From Flectonema sp. DT1601 (Eukaryota), in the NCBI GenBank assembly GCA_964019425.1, contig OZ025782.1:558001-622000 (forward strand): DNA of 64,000 nt, written 5' to 3'. Within the stretch, counting starts at the first letter, position 1; each line of letters begins with the position of its first letter. The notes under the pieces were generated by a model. The model was not told where the DNA came from. It worked only from the letters and a program-made list of their open reading frames with translations, and did not search any database. Position numbers and translations under genes: made by a program. Shown here one piece after another: positions 60,313 through 64,000 of this stretch.

Positions 60313-61731
60313 ATGGAGGACGAGAAGAAAGATGAACCACTACAAGCAGATGACGATGATGATGTAATGTGTAGATATTGCTTTGGTGGTGAGGAAGATG
60401 GGGAACTCATATCGCCGTGTGTGTGTAAGGGTGGACAGAAGTTTGTTCATTTGGAATGTTTGAGAAGGTGGCAGAGAATGATATTGGTATCTCAACCGAC
60501 ACATCCAGCTTACTGGGAAGATGATGAGCGGCATCGATTGTGCAACGTATGTAAATCAACATTCACATGTCCTCCACCAACTCGTGGTGAACTAGTATCG
60601 GGTTTTACTGGACCTGAGATCGCTGCACTCATTGCTAAGGACTGCTGTATTGGTGCTCGTGAATACTTTACAAAATCACTTGAAGCTCAAATGGCACAAG
60701 ATCCAGTTATCGGAATATTCTCATCTTATCAGCATTGGATAAGAGGTGTTTATTTAATTACAAATGTTGAAGACGATGATGGGAAGCTATCGATCGCAAT
60801 GAGATCTTTATCAGAATTACAATCACTAAAAGATAAACTCAACGATGATAATACTTTAGAAATTAGAGGAAGTAAGAAATACAAACTCTGCGCTGAGGGA
60901 GATCTTTCAAACATCGCAGAAGATAAACTGCGAAAGGAAATGACACGACTCTCAACACCTGCTAAGTTAGTATTTCGTCCTGTTGATGAACCCACCTGTT
61001 CCGATGATCATGTATCTGCTGTAAACTTAGCAAGACCATTCACCTCTGGACAGGTACCTTCTGATCGTAAACGAGAGACAACCATCCGAGAATTGAAAGC
61101 TGAAGAAATCGATATTCAATACTATCGAGGAGGTCCAGTTGATCACAACGAAATAACAACTTGTGTAGTTATTGGAGGCCGAAAGACTGGATACACTGTT
61201 AGAGAAAACTTATCTTCTGCTATTCAACTTGCGAAAGCATACCATGCGATATCTACAAGGGAAGACACGAATAACATTGCTGTTGGTCAGACAGTTGAGA
61301 TTCAAGGGTTGAAGGCTCGTCCTGAGCTCAATGGAAAGAAAGGATTAGCACAATATTATGATACTGAAAGAGAAAGGTTTGATGTCAGGCTCTTCAGTAA
61401 CTATGAAGGTGTTCGAGTTAGACCAATTAATCTAATACCTCAATCGGAAGGGAAACAGGGAGTCGTTTATGTTTTTTACGGTCACGCTACGTGGACACGC
61501 GCACAACTTCTTAGTGAGATTGCTCGAGGCCATTGGGGGCTTGCTAAAACACTTATCACAGATTTTACAATTCCTGCTCAAGAACGTCATTTTGCTCTTG
61601 AAAAAAGATTAATCTATGCACCTGTTACTGACATGACTGAGGCTTACATCCGAAAAGCTGAAGAACAGATGAATGATTTGAGACAACAAGCTCGTCAAAT
61701 TGAACAACAAAATGAGGAAAATAACGACTAG
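60313..61731 (+). CDS. RINGv (MARCH-type) zinc finger protein with DUF179/AlgH-like C-terminal region
   Basis: CRYCF...LISPCVCKGGQKFVHLECLRRW...CNVC is a RINGv finger. VNLARP, YYRGGPVD and VFYGHATWTRAQLLSEIARGHW resemble YqgE/AlgH motifs. Confidence 0.85.
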   Translation: MEDEKKDEPLQADDDDDVMCRYCFGGEEDGELISPCVCKGGQKFVHLECLRRWQRMILVSQPTHPAYWEDDERHRLCNVCKSTFTCPPPTRGELVSGFTGPEIAALIAKDCCIGAREYFTKSLEAQMAQDPVIGIFSSYQHWIRGVYLITNVEDDDGKLSIAMRSLSELQSLKDKLNDDNTLEIRGSKKYKLCAEGDLSNIAEDKLRKEMTRLSTPAKLVFRPVDEPTCSDDHVSAVNLARPFTSGQVPSDRKRETTIRELKAEEIDIQYYRGGPVDHNEITTCVVIGGRKTGYTVRENLSSAIQLAKAYHAISTREDTNNIAVGQTVEIQGLKARPELNGKKGLAQYYDTERERFDVRLFSNYEGVRVRPINLIPQSEGKQGVVYVFYGHATWTRAQLLSEIARGHWGLAKTLITDFTIPAQERHFALEKRLIYAPVTDMTEAYIRKAEEQMNDLRQQARQIEQQNEENND

Positions 61732-62465
61732 TACCAATACCAGACAATGGTTGCTTTCCTTTATTCTCGATAAGATGATATTTGATCGTGAAGGTCACTT
61801 GTCGTCGTACGGTACGATAACAACTCAAGTGAATGCTTGGCTCATCTTGCTCACGAATTCCGTTCTTTCGTTTCACTTAATTATTTTCTTTTTAGTGTAT
61901 TTGCGAAGAGAAAAACGGTGGCGTAAACTCCCTAAAGAGCATCAGTAGTGTGTTCTGGTTATCTACTGTTATTATTTTCTTTTTTTTGCTTCACGTGTTG
62001 TCTGCCTTACTCTGAGACACTTCGAGGAGTTGTTTGCGACTCGTCACAGTCGAAGTAAACTGCTACCATTGCTTGTTGGTTTCCCAACTCAGAAGGTAGT
62101 TTTTTCAACGTATGTTTGATGCTTGATTTATTGCCTGTTTTCCCTTTTTATTTTCAAAAAAACATAAAAACCCTTTCGATTAGATAATTCTAACTTGCCT
62201 GTTGGCGAGTCCCATTGACTGATGTACGCTACTAGCGTACAGACATAACACCCCAACTCTCCCCACGTAACTTACTTTCTAGAGGAGATACTGATAACGA
62301 CTTGCCTTTGTTACGTTGGTTTTATATTGTTGTGTGTGTTTACTTTTTTATTTCATCATGGCACATCAATTATAATTATGAATCGCGTTGGATATCTGAC
62401 TTTCTGTTAGAAGTTATCATCAGTTGATCACATTAATATTTTATTATTCAGACTACACATATTTA

Positions 62466-64000
62466 ATGAGGTACGACTTTACTCGTTTATGCCTGAAGGC
62501 TTCGGCCCAACAGATCTCGTGTGAAATGGCTGAGATAGAAAAGACTTACAGAGGAGCAGTGCGAAACATAACTGGAGGAAGTTTTCAAAGATCGTTTGAA
62601 GAACTGAGTAAGGCTGATGGTGAAGCAGCATTTCGATCGATTCAGTGCGTCTTACCATCTCTTGTTTCTGGTGATGCTGATGCCAGAAAAGCATCAGTTG
62701 ATGCAAAAATGAAATTAACAAAAATGTGGAGTGACACATACACATGTCCACGATTGTATAATCTGATACTAAATTCAAAAGACTCATGGAGTAGCCCGGA
62801 AGAACAGCAATTGGTAACCAGGACATTACAAGAGTTTAGAAAGAACGGAATGGAAATCTCAAATATAACTGACAGAGCAGAATGCAACAAACTCCAAAAT
62901 AGAATAAGTGACATCGAATTACAATGTGAGCAGGCTATTAATGAAAATGTTTCAAACGTCTTATTCTCAAAAGATGAACTCAAAGGAGTGCCAGAAGACG
63001 TCGTTTCCTCTCTCCCAATCGATGAAAAAAGTGGAAAACTATTAGCTTCAACAAAGGCTCCAGTTCGAGTCCCTATCATGCAGAATGCATCCATTAGAGA
63101 AACCCGAAAAAAAATGTATTCAGTCGCATCTGAGATATGCAGCACTACTAATGGACCTTTAATTAATGAACTGGTATTTAAAAGATCAAAAGCTGCAAAG
63201 CTTGCTGGATACAAAAGCCATGCTGATAAAGTGCTATCAGCAAAGACTGCTGGTAGTTTTACAATTGCCATGACCTTTTGCACCGATATAATCAAACAAC
63301 TAAAAACAAAACAAGAAGAGGAACTGGCTGAATTATCTGAAGCAGCTGGACATCCGATTGAGACATGGGATATCACTTACTATACTGAAAAGCTGAAATC
63401 TAAGAAGCGAGGATTCGATTCTACTTCTTTGAAATTTCATTTTCCTTTAAAAAAAACATTGAAAAAAGTTCTTTCAGTTTACAACGAATTACTTGATATT
63501 TCTGTTGAAGAAGACAACACGTTACCAAAGTGGGCTGATGACGTGATGACCTTCAAATTGTTTACTAAAAATAAAAATGGATCAAAAAGATTAAAAGGTT
63601 ACTTTTATCTTGACCTGTTCCCAAGAGATGGTAAATACGGTCATCAAATGATACTTCCACTCTCACCTTGTTTTGATCAGTGTTTACCTGCTTGTTGTTT
63701 TGTAGGAAATTTACCAAAACCGTCATCAGGTGCGCCAGATTCTTACTTATTGCTTGATGAGGTTAGGACGTTATTTCATGAATTAGGTCATGTTATGCAT
63801 TGTCTACTAACAAATACAAAACACTCGATCTTATCTTGGAGCTGGGATATGGTCCCTTGGCCAGGTGGTGTTGAACAAGACTTTCTTGAAGTTCCGAGTA
63901 CAATGTTCGAAAAATGGATGCTATGCCCTGAAGTAGTTGAGAGAGTGTCATCACCAAATCCAACCACATCAGAACCTATCTCTCTTGAGAAGGTTAAACT
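62466..64000 (+). CDS. M3 family metallo-oligopeptidase (thimet oligopeptidase/neurolysin-like), truncated by window end
   Basis: Not in the ORF track because it has no stop inside the window. The frame from ATG 62466 contains YFYLDLFPRDGKYGH, EVRTLFHELGHVMH (HExxH at 63777) and DFLEVPSTMFEKW. Confidence 0.92.
   Translation, partial: MRYDFTRLCLKASAQQISCEMAEIEKTYRGAVRNITGGSFQRSFEELSKADGEAAFRSIQCVLPSLVSGDADARKASVDAKMKLTKMWSDTYTCPRLYNLILNSKDSWSSPEEQQLVTRTLQEFRKNGMEISNITDRAECNKLQNRISDIELQCEQAINENVSNVLFSKDELKGVPEDVVSSLPIDEKSGKLLASTKAPVRVPIMQNASIRETRKKMYSVASEICSTTNGPLINELVFKRSKAAKLAGYKSHADKVLSAKTAGSFTIAMTFCTDIIKQLKTKQEEELAELSEAAGHPIETWDITYYTEKLKSKKRGFDSTSLKFHFPLKKTLKKVLSVYNELLDISVEEDNTLPKWADDVMTFKLFTKNKNGSKRLKGYFYLDLFPRDGKYGHQMILPLSPCFDQCLPACCFVGNLPKPSSGAPDSYLLLDEVRTLFHELGHVMHCLLTNTKHSILSWSWDMVPWPGGVEQDFLEVPSTMFEKWMLCPEVVERVSSPNPTTSEPISLEKVK

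Noticed and set aside
62642..63376. Minus-strand 244-aa ORF
   Set aside because: Antisense shadow of the plus-strand M3 peptidase, which carries the catalytic motifs.

Overview
Eukaryotic, AT-rich, homopolymer-rich genomic DNA. All ~22 credible protein genes lie on the + strand. Six of them carry short GT-AG introns (12 in total) with A/C-rich rather than pyrimidine-rich 3' ends, while U-rich AG sites sit just upstream of several start codons. This fits a polycistronic, spliced-leader trans-splicing protist such as a diplonemid euglenozoan (inference only). Recognisable genes: two J-domain proteins, a RanBP2-zinc-finger protein, DNA polymerase alpha subunit B, a CCAR1/DBC1-like protein, a NIF/FCP1 phosphatase fused to two bacterial RTX/serralysin-type C-terminal modules, a PUF protein, a GT8 glycosyltransferase, a HAD hydrolase, a TRM13-like methyltransferase, ENY2/Sus1, a RINGv-DUF179 fusion and an M3 oligopeptidase cut by the window end. 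The gene-free 9.7-18.9 kb region holds two 45-bp tandem arrays (12 and 13 units) with a shared leader, trailer and variant terminal unit. It also holds dispersed repeat modules, a foldback-like element, a 28S rRNA fragment and a decayed LINE. All assignments come from motifs read by eye; no database searches were run.
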